Shown: positions 1 to 9,329 of the stretch, in pieces
Layout: each line of letters opens with the position of its first letter
Position numbering within the stretch: position 1 is the stretch's first letter
NCBI GenBank assembly: GCA_003141525.1
Contig: PLML01000107.1
Location: 1 to 60,502 of the forward strand
Reading direction: 5' to 3'
Source: Bacteroidales bacterium
Lineage (GTDB): Bacteria; Bacteroidota; Bacteroidia; Bacteroidales; VadinHA17
Length of the DNA stretch: 60,502 nucleotides
The notes under the pieces: model-generated
What the model was told of the DNA's origin: nothing
Database searches by the model: none
The model's input: only the letters and a program-made list of their open reading frames with translations
Made by a program: the position numbers and the translations under genes

Positions 1-42
1 TTAACGAAATAACTCTGTGTAAGTTCTTCAAAAATTAACATT

Positions 43-1173
43 ATGGAAAAAAACTCGAAAATATACATTGCCGGTCACAATGGTATGGTCGGTAGCGCAA
101 TCGGCAGGAATCTGACTTCAAAAGGATATACTAATTTCGTATATACTCCATTTCCGCCATTTGACCTGACTAACCAGCAGATTGTTGCTGACTTTTTTGC
201 AAAAGAAAAACCTGAATATGTTTTTCTGGCTGCAGCCAAGGTTGGAGGTATCTTGTCAAATAACACATATCGCGCTCAGTTTCTTTATGAAAACCTGATG
301 ATTCAGAATAATATAATTCATCAAAGTTATATACATGGTGTCAAGAAGTTATTGTTTCTGGGCAGTTCCTGTATTTATCCGGGAAATTGTCCCCAACCAA
401 TCAAAGAAGAATACTTATTGACAGGAGAATTAGAATATACCAACGAACCTTATGCTATTGCTAAAATTTCAGGTATAAAGATGTGTGAATCATACAACAT
501 ACAATACAATACGAATTTTATTTCTGTTATGCCAACAAACCTTTATGGGCCTAATGATAATTATAATCTTGAGACATCTCACGTACTTCCTGCCTTGATC
601 CGCAAAATGCATTTAGGCAAATGCCTGGAAAACAATAATTGGCAGGCACTAAGGGAAGACTTGAAAAAATACCCGATTGAAGGCGTGAATGAAAATTCAG
701 GTGAAACTACAATCATCCAGATTCTTACAAAGTATGGGATTCAAATGTCAACAGGCACCAAGAACCCTGCTCCCAGCACCAAGCACCAAGCAACCAGCAC
801 CCTGCAGCCAGTGACAATTACTCTCTGGGGAACAGGAAAACCATATCGGGAATTCCTGTATGTTGATGACCTGGCAGACGCCTGTGTTTATTTAATGAAG
901 AATATAGATTTTAAAGATCTGACTAAAGAAGGTAGTAAAGTTATTAATACACATATTAATATTGGTACCGGCCTCGATCTCACAATTAAGGAACTTGCAG
1001 AGTTCATAAAAGACATTATCGGGTTTGAAGGTCAACTGAAATGGGACAACTCAAAACCCGACGGCACGTATCGCAAACTGCTTGATGTTACTAAAATTAA
1101 CAAGCTGGGCTGGAGAGAGAAAATTAGTCTGGAAGAAGGGATTAAGTTAGTTTATAATAAATATTTAACTTAA
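43..1173 (+). CDS. fcl: GDP-L-fucose synthase (GDP-4-keto-6-deoxymannose epimerase/reductase)
   Basis: GHNGMVGSA Rossmann motif, AAAKVGGI, GSSCIYP, YAIAK catalytic YxxxK, MPTNLYGP, C-terminal KPDG. Confidence 0.95.
   Translation: MEKNSKIYIAGHNGMVGSAIGRNLTSKGYTNFVYTPFPPFDLTNQQIVADFFAKEKPEYVFLAAAKVGGILSNNTYRAQFLYENLMIQNNIIHQSYIHGVKKLLFLGSSCIYPGNCPQPIKEEYLLTGELEYTNEPYAIAKISGIKMCESYNIQYNTNFISVMPTNLYGPNDNYNLETSHVLPALIRKMHLGKCLENNNWQALREDLKKYPIEGVNENSGETTIIQILTKYGIQMSTGTKNPAPSTKHQATSTLQPVTITLWGTGKPYREFLYVDDLADACVYLMKNIDFKDLTKEGSKVINTHINIGTGLDLTIKELAEFIKDIIGFEGQLKWDNSKPDGTYRKLLDVTKINKLGWREKISLEEGIKLVYNKYLT
754..809 (+). repeat. Eight degenerate 7-bp tandem units inside fcl
   Basis: ggcacca agaaccc tgctccc agcacca agcacca agcaacc agcaccc tgcagcc. 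Confidence 0.75.
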
Positions 1174-1188
1174 TTAATAGCAACACAC

Positions 1189-1257
1189 CATAACAACATA
1201 ACAACATAACATAGCTCCTTTCAGCTTGTTTCTTAAATACATGACCCTGAACCCTGA
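1189..1257 (+). repeat. Short tandem repeats between fcl and the MNT gene
   Basis: cataacaa cataacaa cataacat (1189-1212); accctga x2 (1244-1257). Confidence 0.55.
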
Positions 1258-1274
1258 AACGCTCTGACTTACTA

Positions 1275-1292
1275 ATCAGGATTTTTCCTGAT
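1275..1292. promoter_or_regulatory. Palindrome upstream of MNT-HEPN, candidate autoregulatory operator
   Basis: atcagga-tttt-tcctgat, a perfect 7-bp inverted repeat about 50 bp before the ATG; function inferred. Confidence 0.4.
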
Positions 1293-1343
1293 ACTAAACT
1301 GATTATTTTTATTAACTTGCAATATCATATAAAACTTTGAGGA

Positions 1344-1631
1344 ATGCGTTTAAATCCTGAGATAGCCGGTTATCTGAAGCAGTTAATACAGGAAAAAATT
1401 CCAGGATCAACTATTTACTTATTCGGTTCCCGTGTTGATGATAGCGCTCTTGGAGGAGATATTGATCTGATGATACTTACAAATGAACCTGCCGACAAAC
1501 GCATATTCAGGAAAATCAGGATAGAGTTTATTAAAAAATACGGATGGAGAAAAGTTGATTTGGTGAATTTTACATATTCAAACGAATCATCCTTCCGAAA
1601 ATTGATTGACCTAAGCAGCATTAGACTATGA
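1344..1631 (+). CDS. Minimal nucleotidyltransferase (MNT) antitoxin
   Basis: 95 aa; YLFGSR...GGDIDL polymerase-beta-fold motif; ATGA overlap with the HEPN gene. Confidence 0.88.
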   Translation: MRLNPEIAGYLKQLIQEKIPGSTIYLFGSRVDDSALGGDIDLMILTNEPADKRIFRKIRIEFIKKYGWRKVDLVNFTYSNESSFRKLIDLSSIRL

Positions 1632-2089
1632 AACCAGATAAAGATCAGGCAATCATCGATCTGGTCCAATCCGAATGGGAATTGTTGCAAGCAGCAGTAG
1701 ACACCCTGCAACTGTCAATCCGTAAATGTCAATTGATAGGAATAAAAGAGAGTTATACCTTTGAAGAACTGGAATCATTCGATTCATTAACTTCAAAATT
1801 TAATCGAACATCAGATATTTTCGTACAAAAAGTCCTTCGCTCAGTATGGATGCTTTTGCATGAACCATTTGCACCATATATAGATATGATGAACAAAAGT
1901 GAGAAAATGTCGATAATCCGATCCGCTGATCAAATGATCGAGATACGTGATTTGAGGAATCAAATTGCCCATGAATACATTCCTGAAGCAATTCGTGACC
2001 TCATCCCTGAAGTCATTGAGTTAACATCTCAGCTAATTGAAAATATTGAAAACTGCCGGCGCTTCATGAAAGCAAGAGGATGGATCTAA
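1628..2089 (+). CDS. HEPN-domain ribonuclease toxin (HepT-like)
   Basis: RNQIAHEY matches RX4HXY; helical 153 aa; coupled to MNT. Confidence 0.85.
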   Translation: MKPDKDQAIIDLVQSEWELLQAAVDTLQLSIRKCQLIGIKESYTFEELESFDSLTSKFNRTSDIFVQKVLRSVWMLLHEPFAPYIDMMNKSEKMSIIRSADQMIEIRDLRNQIAHEYIPEAIRDLIPEVIELTSQLIENIENCRRFMKARGWI

Positions 2090-2105
2090 AACCGGCACCG
2101 TGACT

Positions 2106-2206
2106 AAGAGACAAGTAAGAAGTAAGAAGTAAAAAATAAGAAGTAAGTAGTCCCTAACAATGAATTCTTTACTTTTATCTTGTGACTTTTGTCTTTTATC
2201 TTGTTT
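2106..2206. repeat. 7-bp purine-rich tandem array followed by a 7-bp pyrimidine-rich array
   Basis: aagagac aagtaag aagtaag aagtaaa aaataag aagtaag (2106-2147), then cttttat cttgtga cttttgt cttttat cttgttt (2172-2206). Confidence 0.7.
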
Positions 2207-2209
2207 TTG

Positions 2210-2326
2210 CCCGATGGCACTTATCGTAAATTGCTCGACGTATCAAAAATCAACAGGCTAGGCTGGAAGGAAAAGATCAGTCTGGAAGAGGGTGTAAGGA
2301 TGATTTACAGACGATATTCTGCCTGA
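2210..2326 (+). pseudogene. Orphan duplicate of the fcl 3' end (38 codons plus stop)
   Basis: Translates [38 protein letters not shown]; fcl 1057-1173 reads [38 protein letters not shown] (27/38 identical, same length). Confidence 0.92.
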
Positions 2327-2375
2327 TGAAATATGCTCTTTAATTTGTGTAATTTAGATATAAAAAACATATAAT

Positions 2376-3146
2376 ATGAAAGTACTTATCCTGGCAGGTG
2401 GATTAGGTTCCCGCTTGTCCGAAGAAACTGTTCTTAAACCAAAGCCTATGATAGAGATAGGCGGGAAGCCGATTTTGTGGCACATAATGAAGATATATTC
2501 ATTTTACGGATATAATGAGTTTATTATTCTCTGCGGATACAAGGGATACATGATCAAGGAATATTTTGCACATTATTTTCTTCATATGGCCGACATGACG
2601 ATTGACATGACATCCAATACCATAGTAAATCATAATAGTAATGCTGAACCATGGAAAGTGACATTGATTGATACCGGTGTGGATACAATGACAGGTGGGA
2701 GAATAAAAAGGGTACAGAAATATGTAGGTAATGAACCATTCATGCTTACCTATGGGGATGGGATTGCAGATATCAATTTAAATGAGCTGGTGGAATTTCA
2801 TAAAAGCCATGGAAAACTCATTACAATGACTTCTGTATTGCCTGAAGGACGTTTTGGTGCATTAAGCATTGATAATTCAAACATGATTAAGAGTTACCAG
2901 GAAAAACCTAAAGGTGATGGCTCGTGGATTAACGGCGGATTTTTTGTTTGTCAGCCTAATGTTTTTGACGAAATTGACAATGATAAAACCATTTGGGAAC
3001 GTAAACCATTGGAATCATTGGCCACAAAAGGAGAATTAGTAGCTTATCGTCATTTTGGATTTTGGAGACCAATGGATACATTGCGTGATAAGATTGAACT
3101 TGAAGAAATGTGGAATTCTGAAACCGCTAAATGGAAACTATGGTAA
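2376..3146 (+). CDS. rfbF: Glucose-1-phosphate cytidylyltransferase
   Basis: LAGGLGSRLSEET..KPKPM, TMTGGR, LTYGDG, WINGGFF, MDTLRD. Confidence 0.95.
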   Translation: MKVLILAGGLGSRLSEETVLKPKPMIEIGGKPILWHIMKIYSFYGYNEFIILCGYKGYMIKEYFAHYFLHMADMTIDMTSNTIVNHNSNAEPWKVTLIDTGVDTMTGGRIKRVQKYVGNEPFMLTYGDGIADINLNELVEFHKSHGKLITMTSVLPEGRFGALSIDNSNMIKSYQEKPKGDGSWINGGFFVCQPNVFDEIDNDKTIWERKPLESLATKGELVAYRHFGFWRPMDTLRDKIELEEMWNSETAKWKLW

Positions 3147-4246
3147 CTAAAGAATTCTGGAATGGGAGGAAGGTTCTGATTACGGGACATACTGGTTTTA
3201 AAGGAAGCTGGCTATGTATGCTGCTTAAAAAGCTAGGTGCTGATATTTCAGGTTATGCTCTGGATCCCCCCACTTATCCAAGCTTATATAATCTTTGCAA
3301 TATTAATTCATTCGTTAAGTCAACAATTGGAGATATTCGGGACTTTGACAGATTATTAAATAAAATTGAACAGGATATGCCTGAAATAATAATTCACATG
3401 GCTGCCCAGCCTCTGGTTAAATTATCCTACGAGGCGCCTGTTCTGACTTATCAGACCAATATTATTGGGACGATGAATCTATTGGAAGCAATAAGGGTTT
3501 CAAAATTAAAATCCGTTAGAGTTCTTGTAAATGTAACGACTGATAAATGTTACGAAAATAAAGAGTGGCTTTGGCCTTATCGTGAAAACGAACCATTAGG
3601 AGGATATGATCCTTATTCAAGTAGTAAAGCGTGTTCTGAAATTGTTACTGCATCATACAGAAATTCTTTTTTCAATCTGGCAGAATATAGTAAACATCAT
3701 GTAGCAATTGCAACTGCAAGGGCGGGCAATGTAATCGGAGGAGGTGACTGGGCGGCTGACCGCTTAATACCTGACGTAGTTCGTTCTATTCTTGAGAATA
3801 ACCCAATTATTATTAGAAGTCCTAATGCAATAAGGCCCTGGCAACATGTACTTGACCCACTTACAGGCTATTTAATGTTATCCGAAAGACTATTTAGCTC
3901 TGGTATGCCATTTGCGGAATCATGGAATTTTGGCCCAAATGATTATGATGTAAAATCAGTTAAATGGATTGTGGAAAAATTGTGTGAAATGTGGGGAGAA
4001 GGGGCAACTTATGAAGTGGATGATAAGACTCATAAGCATGAAGCTACATATTTAAGACTGGATTGCTCTAAAGCAAAGGAGAAACTTAACTGGCAACCGA
4101 TTTGGAATCTGAACAAAACACTTGAAAGCATTATTGAGTTTACAGTAGGATATGTAAGAAAGGATAATCTAAGCGAGTTGTGCAATAACCAAATTTCAGA
4201 ATATTTTAATCTTGGGACTACTGTTAGTGGAAACACAGATTATTGA
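3131..4246 (+). CDS. rfbG: CDP-glucose 4,6-dehydratase (start may be the ATG at 3140)
   Basis: TGHTGFKGSWL, HMAAQPLV, TTDKCYEN, YSSSK, RAGNVIGGGDW, RPWQHV. Confidence 0.95.
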   Translation: METMVTKEFWNGRKVLITGHTGFKGSWLCMLLKKLGADISGYALDPPTYPSLYNLCNINSFVKSTIGDIRDFDRLLNKIEQDMPEIIIHMAAQPLVKLSYEAPVLTYQTNIIGTMNLLEAIRVSKLKSVRVLVNVTTDKCYENKEWLWPYRENEPLGGYDPYSSSKACSEIVTASYRNSFFNLAEYSKHHVAIATARAGNVIGGGDWAADRLIPDVVRSILENNPIIIRSPNAIRPWQHVLDPLTGYLMLSERLFSSGMPFAESWNFGPNDYDVKSVKWIVEKLCEMWGEGATYEVDDKTHKHEATYLRLDCSKAKEKLNWQPIWNLNKTLESIIEFTVGYVRKDNLSELCNNQISEYFNLGTTVSGNTDY

Positions 4247-5319
4247 TTATTAGTATGTTTAATGTTTTACTTAAAAAAGACTTAGAACACATAACTACCC
4301 ATTCAGAAAGTGTCCTTGACCAACTGAGAGGGAAAAGTATTTTTATAACCGGAGGAACCGGATTTTTTGGGAAATGGATTTTAGAAACTTTTGCCTGGGC
4401 AAATATTGAGTTAGGTTTGAATGCAAAAATTGTTGTTTTGACTAGAAATATTCTTAATTTTAGAAAAACACACCAGTACTTTTTTGAAAATCATTTATTC
4501 TCTTTTGTGGAAGGTGATATTAATAATTTTATATTTCCGAAAGACAAATTTGATATTATTATTCATGGCGCAACTGATTCAAATTCAGAAATATATAAGT
4601 CAAATCCATTGTTATTATTTGATACAATTCTGGAAGGGACACGTCATATATTAGATTTTGCGGTCAAGTGTGAAGTCAGGAACTTTCTTTATATAAGTTC
4701 TGGGGCAATATATGGCAGGCAACCCTCAGAATTATCTCATATGTCTGAAGAATATAGCGGTGGTCCTGAATTAAATGTTGTTGGTACGTCTTATGCTGAG
4801 GGTAAAAGAGCTGCTGAAATGCTTTGCTCTCTTTATTCATCAAAACATGACATATCAATAAAAGTTGAAAGATGCTTTGCATTTGTAGGACCTTATCTAC
4901 CTTTGAATAAACATTTTGCTATTGGTAATTTTATGAGCGATTGCCTGTTGAACAGACCCATAATAATTAAAGGAGATGGGACTCCAATACGCTCCTATTT
5001 ATATTCTGCTGATCTGATCATTTGGCTATTTACCATCTTGATTAAAGGCGAGAATTGCCGACCTTATAATGTTGGATCAGAGGTTGGAATCTCTATAGAG
5101 AGTCTGGCAAGAACTATTGCAGCTTTAACAAAGGACCCTCTGGAGATAAAAATATTAACTAGGATCACCAGTCAAAGTGGTATAGAAAAGTATCTTCCAT
5201 CTACTAAACGGGCTCAAAATGAGTTGGGTCTGTGTCAATTTATTGATATAAACGATTCCATTCAGCGAACTTTGATTTATCACAAAGCTTCTTATGAAAT
5301 TAATAAGTACTATTTATGA
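4243..5319 (+). CDS. NAD-dependent epimerase/dehydratase/reductase (extended SDR); start possibly 4255
   Basis: TGGTGFFG, SSGAIYG, YAEGK. Confidence 0.85.
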   Translation: MIISMFNVLLKKDLEHITTHSESVLDQLRGKSIFITGGTGFFGKWILETFAWANIELGLNAKIVVLTRNILNFRKTHQYFFENHLFSFVEGDINNFIFPKDKFDIIIHGATDSNSEIYKSNPLLLFDTILEGTRHILDFAVKCEVRNFLYISSGAIYGRQPSELSHMSEEYSGGPELNVVGTSYAEGKRAAEMLCSLYSSKHDISIKVERCFAFVGPYLPLNKHFAIGNFMSDCLLNRPIIIKGDGTPIRSYLYSADLIIWLFTILIKGENCRPYNVGSEVGISIESLARTIAALTKDPLEIKILTRITSQSGIEKYLPSTKRAQNELGLCQFIDINDSIQRTLIYHKASYEINKYYL

Positions 5320-5348
5320 ATATTTAAGTTTTTTAATTAAAATATACT

Positions 5349-6857
5349 ATGAAAATATTTGAAAAACCGCTGTTCATTTTTGAAATGGCAAATAACCATA
5401 TGGGGAGTCTTAATCACGGCTTGAGAATTATTGATGAATTTGCTCATGTTAAAAAAGAATTTGAAAGTGATTTTAATTTTGCCTTTAAATTTCAATTTCG
5501 TCATCTCGATACTTTTATTCATCCAGATTTCAAAGAAAGGAAAGACCTAAAATATGTAAAGAGATTTTCTGAGACAAAGCTGACTGATGACGAATTCAGG
5601 ATACTGAAAAAAAATCTTGATAAATTTCATTTTTTTTCTATATGTACGGCTTTCGATGAGAAGTCAATTGATTTGATTGAAGAGATGGATTTTGACATAA
5701 TTAAAATTGCAAGTTGTTCTCTTACCGATTGGCCTTTATTAGAAAGAATTATTCTGACAAATAAACCAATCATAGCATCAACAGCAGGCTCTGATCTTAA
5801 TAGTATTGATAATGTTGTTAGTTTTTTTCAGCATCGAGATAAAGTTCTTACATTGATGCATTGTGTAGGTGAATATCCAACCAGTCCGGAGAACCTCCAG
5901 CTTAACCAAATAGATTTACTGCAAAATCGTTATGCCGGAATTAATATAGGATTTTCCACTCATGAAGATCCGGATAATCTTGATTCGATTAAGATAGTTG
6001 TTGCAAAAGGAGTAAGAATTTATGAAAAACATGTTGCGGTTGTGAAAGATGAATTCGCAAAGAATGAGTATTCAGCTACACCCGAACAAATTCTAAAATG
6101 GTTAATATCTGCCAGAGAAGCTTTTGCTATGTGTGGGATTTCAAACAGACGAGCTTCATTTTCTGAAAAAGAGTTAACTGATCTGCGGCAATTTAAGAGA
6201 GGTGTATATGCATCTAAAAGCATTAAACAAGGAGAAGTCATTGAACTTTCAAAAACATTCTTTGCTTTTCCAAATAATCCCAAACAACTTTTGGCAAATG
6301 ATATGTCAAAATATACTCAATTTATTGCAAAAAATGACATCAATTTGAATGAACCAATATTTGAAGATAACGTAGATAAATTAGAAAAACGAGAGAAAAT
6401 TTATACTATAGTTCAAAAAGTCAAAGACATATTATTGAAGGGGCGGATTATTTTTCCGGGAAAAGCGGAACTGGAGATTTCTCATCATTATGGCATAGAG
6501 AAGTTCTATGAATTTGGGACAACTATGATTACAGTAGTTAACAGAGATTACTGTAAGAAATTAATTATTTTGTTACCAGGTCAAAAACATCCGGAACAAT
6601 ACCACGCTAAAAAGGAAGAGACCTTTATGATTCTCTACGGTTCTATAAAGGTAACATTAGATGGAATAACCCAAACTTGCAGGCCTGGGGATATTGTAAT
6701 TGTAAAACCAGGCGTGAAACATGCTTTTACGACTGAGGATGGAACGGTATTTGAGGAAATATCATCAACTCATTTTGTAGATGATTCATTTTATACTGAC
6801 AAGAATATTCAAAATTTCAAAAAAAGAAAAACACTTCTAAGTTATTGGCTGGAGTAG
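5349..6857 (+). CDS. NeuB-family (N-acetylneuraminate synthase-like) PEP-condensing enzyme with SAF domain and C-terminal cupin
   Basis: FEMANNHMG, KFQ, KIAS, LMHCVGEYP, GFSTHE, YEKH; C-terminal LLPGQKHPEQYH..KEETF...PGVKHAF cupin motifs. Confidence 0.85.
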   Translation: MKIFEKPLFIFEMANNHMGSLNHGLRIIDEFAHVKKEFESDFNFAFKFQFRHLDTFIHPDFKERKDLKYVKRFSETKLTDDEFRILKKNLDKFHFFSICTAFDEKSIDLIEEMDFDIIKIASCSLTDWPLLERIILTNKPIIASTAGSDLNSIDNVVSFFQHRDKVLTLMHCVGEYPTSPENLQLNQIDLLQNRYAGINIGFSTHEDPDNLDSIKIVVAKGVRIYEKHVAVVKDEFAKNEYSATPEQILKWLISAREAFAMCGISNRRASFSEKELTDLRQFKRGVYASKSIKQGEVIELSKTFFAFPNNPKQLLANDMSKYTQFIAKNDINLNEPIFEDNVDKLEKREKIYTIVQKVKDILLKGRIIFPGKAELEISHHYGIEKFYEFGTTMITVVNRDYCKKLIILLPGQKHPEQYHAKKEETFMILYGSIKVTLDGITQTCRPGDIVIVKPGVKHAFTTEDGTVFEEISSTHFVDDSFYTDKNIQNFKKRKTLLSYWLE

Positions 6858-6888
6858 ATTTTAAGTTGTTTGAATCCATAAGACGATA

Positions 6889-7470
6889 ATGAAAACAATT
6901 GTATGGGATGTCGATGACGTTTTAAATGATCTTACAAGAGAATGGTTTGAAAAAGAGTGGCTTGTCACACATCCTGAATGTAATATAAGTTATACTCAGC
7001 TCAAATCGAATCCTCCAAATGAACTTTTGAATATTGATGTCCAGGATTATCTCAGATCATTAGATCATTATCGTTTATTATATGGTTCGAAATTGAAGCC
7101 AGTGGATGAAGTTTATTCCTGGTTTAAAAGATATGGTCAAATGTATAGAAATATTGTGCTTACATCAACACCGCTTTTTTATGCTCCATATTCATCTGAA
7201 TGGGTTTTGCGAAATTTTGGAGCATGGATCAGATCATTTAATTTTCTTCCCTCACTGAGAGAAGAATCTGAAATTTTTAATTATGACATGAATAAAGCTT
7301 CATACCTGAAATTGTTCGATAAGGTTGATTTATTTATAGACGATAACGAAAAGAATATTTTAGAGGCTCGCTCAATTGGGATAAATTGTATAACAATGCC
7401 CAGGCCATGGAATAGTGATACTTCAACTATTAAAGAGTTTTTATACAACTTGATTACCAATCATTTATAA
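6889..7470 (+). CDS. HAD-superfamily phosphatase (NT5C-like)
   Basis: WDVDDVL motif I, LTS motif II, FIDD motif IV. Confidence 0.75.
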   Translation: MKTIVWDVDDVLNDLTREWFEKEWLVTHPECNISYTQLKSNPPNELLNIDVQDYLRSLDHYRLLYGSKLKPVDEVYSWFKRYGQMYRNIVLTSTPLFYAPYSSEWVLRNFGAWIRSFNFLPSLREESEIFNYDMNKASYLKLFDKVDLFIDDNEKNILEARSIGINCITMPRPWNSDTSTIKEFLYNLITNHL

Positions 7471-7503
7471 TGTTTTATTGATAACATATATCAATATAAA
7501 AGT

Positions 7504-9309
7504 ATGCAAAAACTGTCTGATTTTGTTTTAGAGTTCATTGCAGAGAAGGGTGTAAAACATATTTTTCTATTACCAGGAGGCGGCTCGATGCATCTTGTCG
7601 ATTCTTTAGGAAGGAATCAACGAATTGAATTTATTGTCAATTTACATGAACAGGCCTGTGCAGTTGCAGCGGAAGCATATGCTCAATATACAAATAATCT
7701 AGGTGTAGCTCTGGTTACTACCGGTCCTGGTGGAACAAATACTTTAACAGGAGTAGCTGCAGCATGGCAAGACTCGACCCCTTGTTTATTTCTCTCAGGC
7801 CAGGTAAAAAGATCTGATATGATGGGTAAAAGAGGCGTAAGGCAGATGGGATTTCAGGAAATCAATATTGTTGATATCGTGAAACCAATGACTAAATATG
7901 CCATAACTGTAGATAATCCTGACGCGATAAAATATCATCTGGAAAAAGCAGTATATCTGGCAAAAAACGGAAGACCCGGACCTGTATGGTTGGATATTCC
8001 TCTTGATGTTCAGTCCAGTACAATCGATGAAACCAGACTTAAGTCCTTTAATCCTTCAGAGATAAATAATGATAACGATCTAGCAGCACTTCATAATTCA
8101 GTTCTCCAGACTATTGAACTCATTAACCAATCTGTACGACCAGTAATATTGGCAGGTAACGGGATAAGGTTATCAAATGGGTTAGATCTGTTTTTAAAAT
8201 TAGTAGAACTAATAAAGATCCCTATTCTGACAACCTGGAAAGCAATCGATTTTTTTGATGAAGAGTATCAATATTACATTGGACGCCCAGGAAGTGTAGG
8301 ACAAAGGGCTGCAAATTTTGCTCAACAGAATTCTGATCTGATCATCAATATTGGTGCAAGGTTGGATTTAGGTCAAACAGGATATAACCATACAAATTTT
8401 GCGAGAAATGCCAAAAAAGTGATGGTTGATATCGACGCTGCAGAAATCAACAAAATGCAGATGAAAATTGATATTCCTATATGTTATGATGCCAGTTTAT
8501 TTCTAAAAGAATTCCTTAACAACACAGAAAAAATTGTAAATAAGGACAGGAGTAAATGGTTGAATACTTGTCTAGCATGGAAGAAAAAATATCCCGTAAT
8601 CTTACCTGAATATTATGAGGAGAAAGACTTTGTCAATGATTATGTTCTGATTGATCTATTATCCAAGGAACTTGGAGACAATGATGTTTTAGTACCAGGA
8701 AGTTCAGGAGCTTGCAGTGAGCGAACAATGCAGGCTTTTAAAGTAAAAAAAGGGTTGCGGATTTTTAATAGTGAAGCTTTAGGCCCGATGGGTTTTGGTA
8801 TTCCGGCTGCTATCGGAGCTTGTATCGCTAGTGGCCTGAAAAGAACGATATGTATTGATGGAGATGGCGGATTTGTCATGAATATTCAAGAATTGGAAAC
8901 TATAAGGCGATTAAATCTCCCTATTAAATTTTTTATTTTAAATAATAAGGGATATGCCTCAATTAGGGCTTCCCAAAATAACTATTTTAATAGACGTTAT
9001 GTTGGAAGCAGTATCGATAGTGGACTTACTCTCCCTGATTTTTGCAAGGTTTCATTTTCTTATGGAATAGAAAGTCTGCCAATAAGAACAAATAGAGAGT
9101 TAATTGAAAAACTTAATTTTATACTAAGTTCCTATGGTCCAATTATTTGTGAGCTATTTGTCAATCCCGATCAACTAACAATGCCTCGAATACAGAATGT
9201 ACAAAAAAGTGACGGAACCATGATTTCAAAACCGATGGAAGATTTGTGGCCCTTTTTAGATAGGGATGAATTTCTTTCAAATATGATAATTCCCCCGATA
9301 GAAGAATAA
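7504..9309 (+). CDS. Thiamine-diphosphate-dependent enzyme (AHAS-like, YerE-type carboligase)
   Basis: HEQ catalytic Glu, TTGPGGTN, GRPGPVWLDIP, GDG...NN ThDP motif; lies within a CDP-sugar cluster. Confidence 0.88.
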   Translation: MQKLSDFVLEFIAEKGVKHIFLLPGGGSMHLVDSLGRNQRIEFIVNLHEQACAVAAEAYAQYTNNLGVALVTTGPGGTNTLTGVAAAWQDSTPCLFLSGQVKRSDMMGKRGVRQMGFQEINIVDIVKPMTKYAITVDNPDAIKYHLEKAVYLAKNGRPGPVWLDIPLDVQSSTIDETRLKSFNPSEINNDNDLAALHNSVLQTIELINQSVRPVILAGNGIRLSNGLDLFLKLVELIKIPILTTWKAIDFFDEEYQYYIGRPGSVGQRAANFAQQNSDLIINIGARLDLGQTGYNHTNFARNAKKVMVDIDAAEINKMQMKIDIPICYDASLFLKEFLNNTEKIVNKDRSKWLNTCLAWKKKYPVILPEYYEEKDFVNDYVLIDLLSKELGDNDVLVPGSSGACSERTMQAFKVKKGLRIFNSEALGPMGFGIPAAIGACIASGLKRTICIDGDGGFVMNIQELETIRRLNLPIKFFILNNKGYASIRASQNNYFNRRYVGSSIDSGLTLPDFCKVSFSYGIESLPIRTNRELIEKLNFILSSYGPIICELFVNPDQLTMPRIQNVQKSDGTMISKPMEDLWPFLDRDEFLSNMIIPPIEE

Positions 9310-9329
9310 AAATGATGAGGCAGTAAAAG

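Noticed and set aside
5349-6857. Calling the locus a sialic, legionaminic or pseudaminic acid pathway
   Set aside because: No recognisable NeuA, NeuC or Leg/Pse precursor set lies near the NeuB gene in this window. Not fully excluded, because the locus extends upstream.
7504-9309. Housekeeping acetolactate synthase (ilvB)
   Set aside because: No ilvN/ilvC/ilvD neighbours; it is embedded in CDP-sugar genes.
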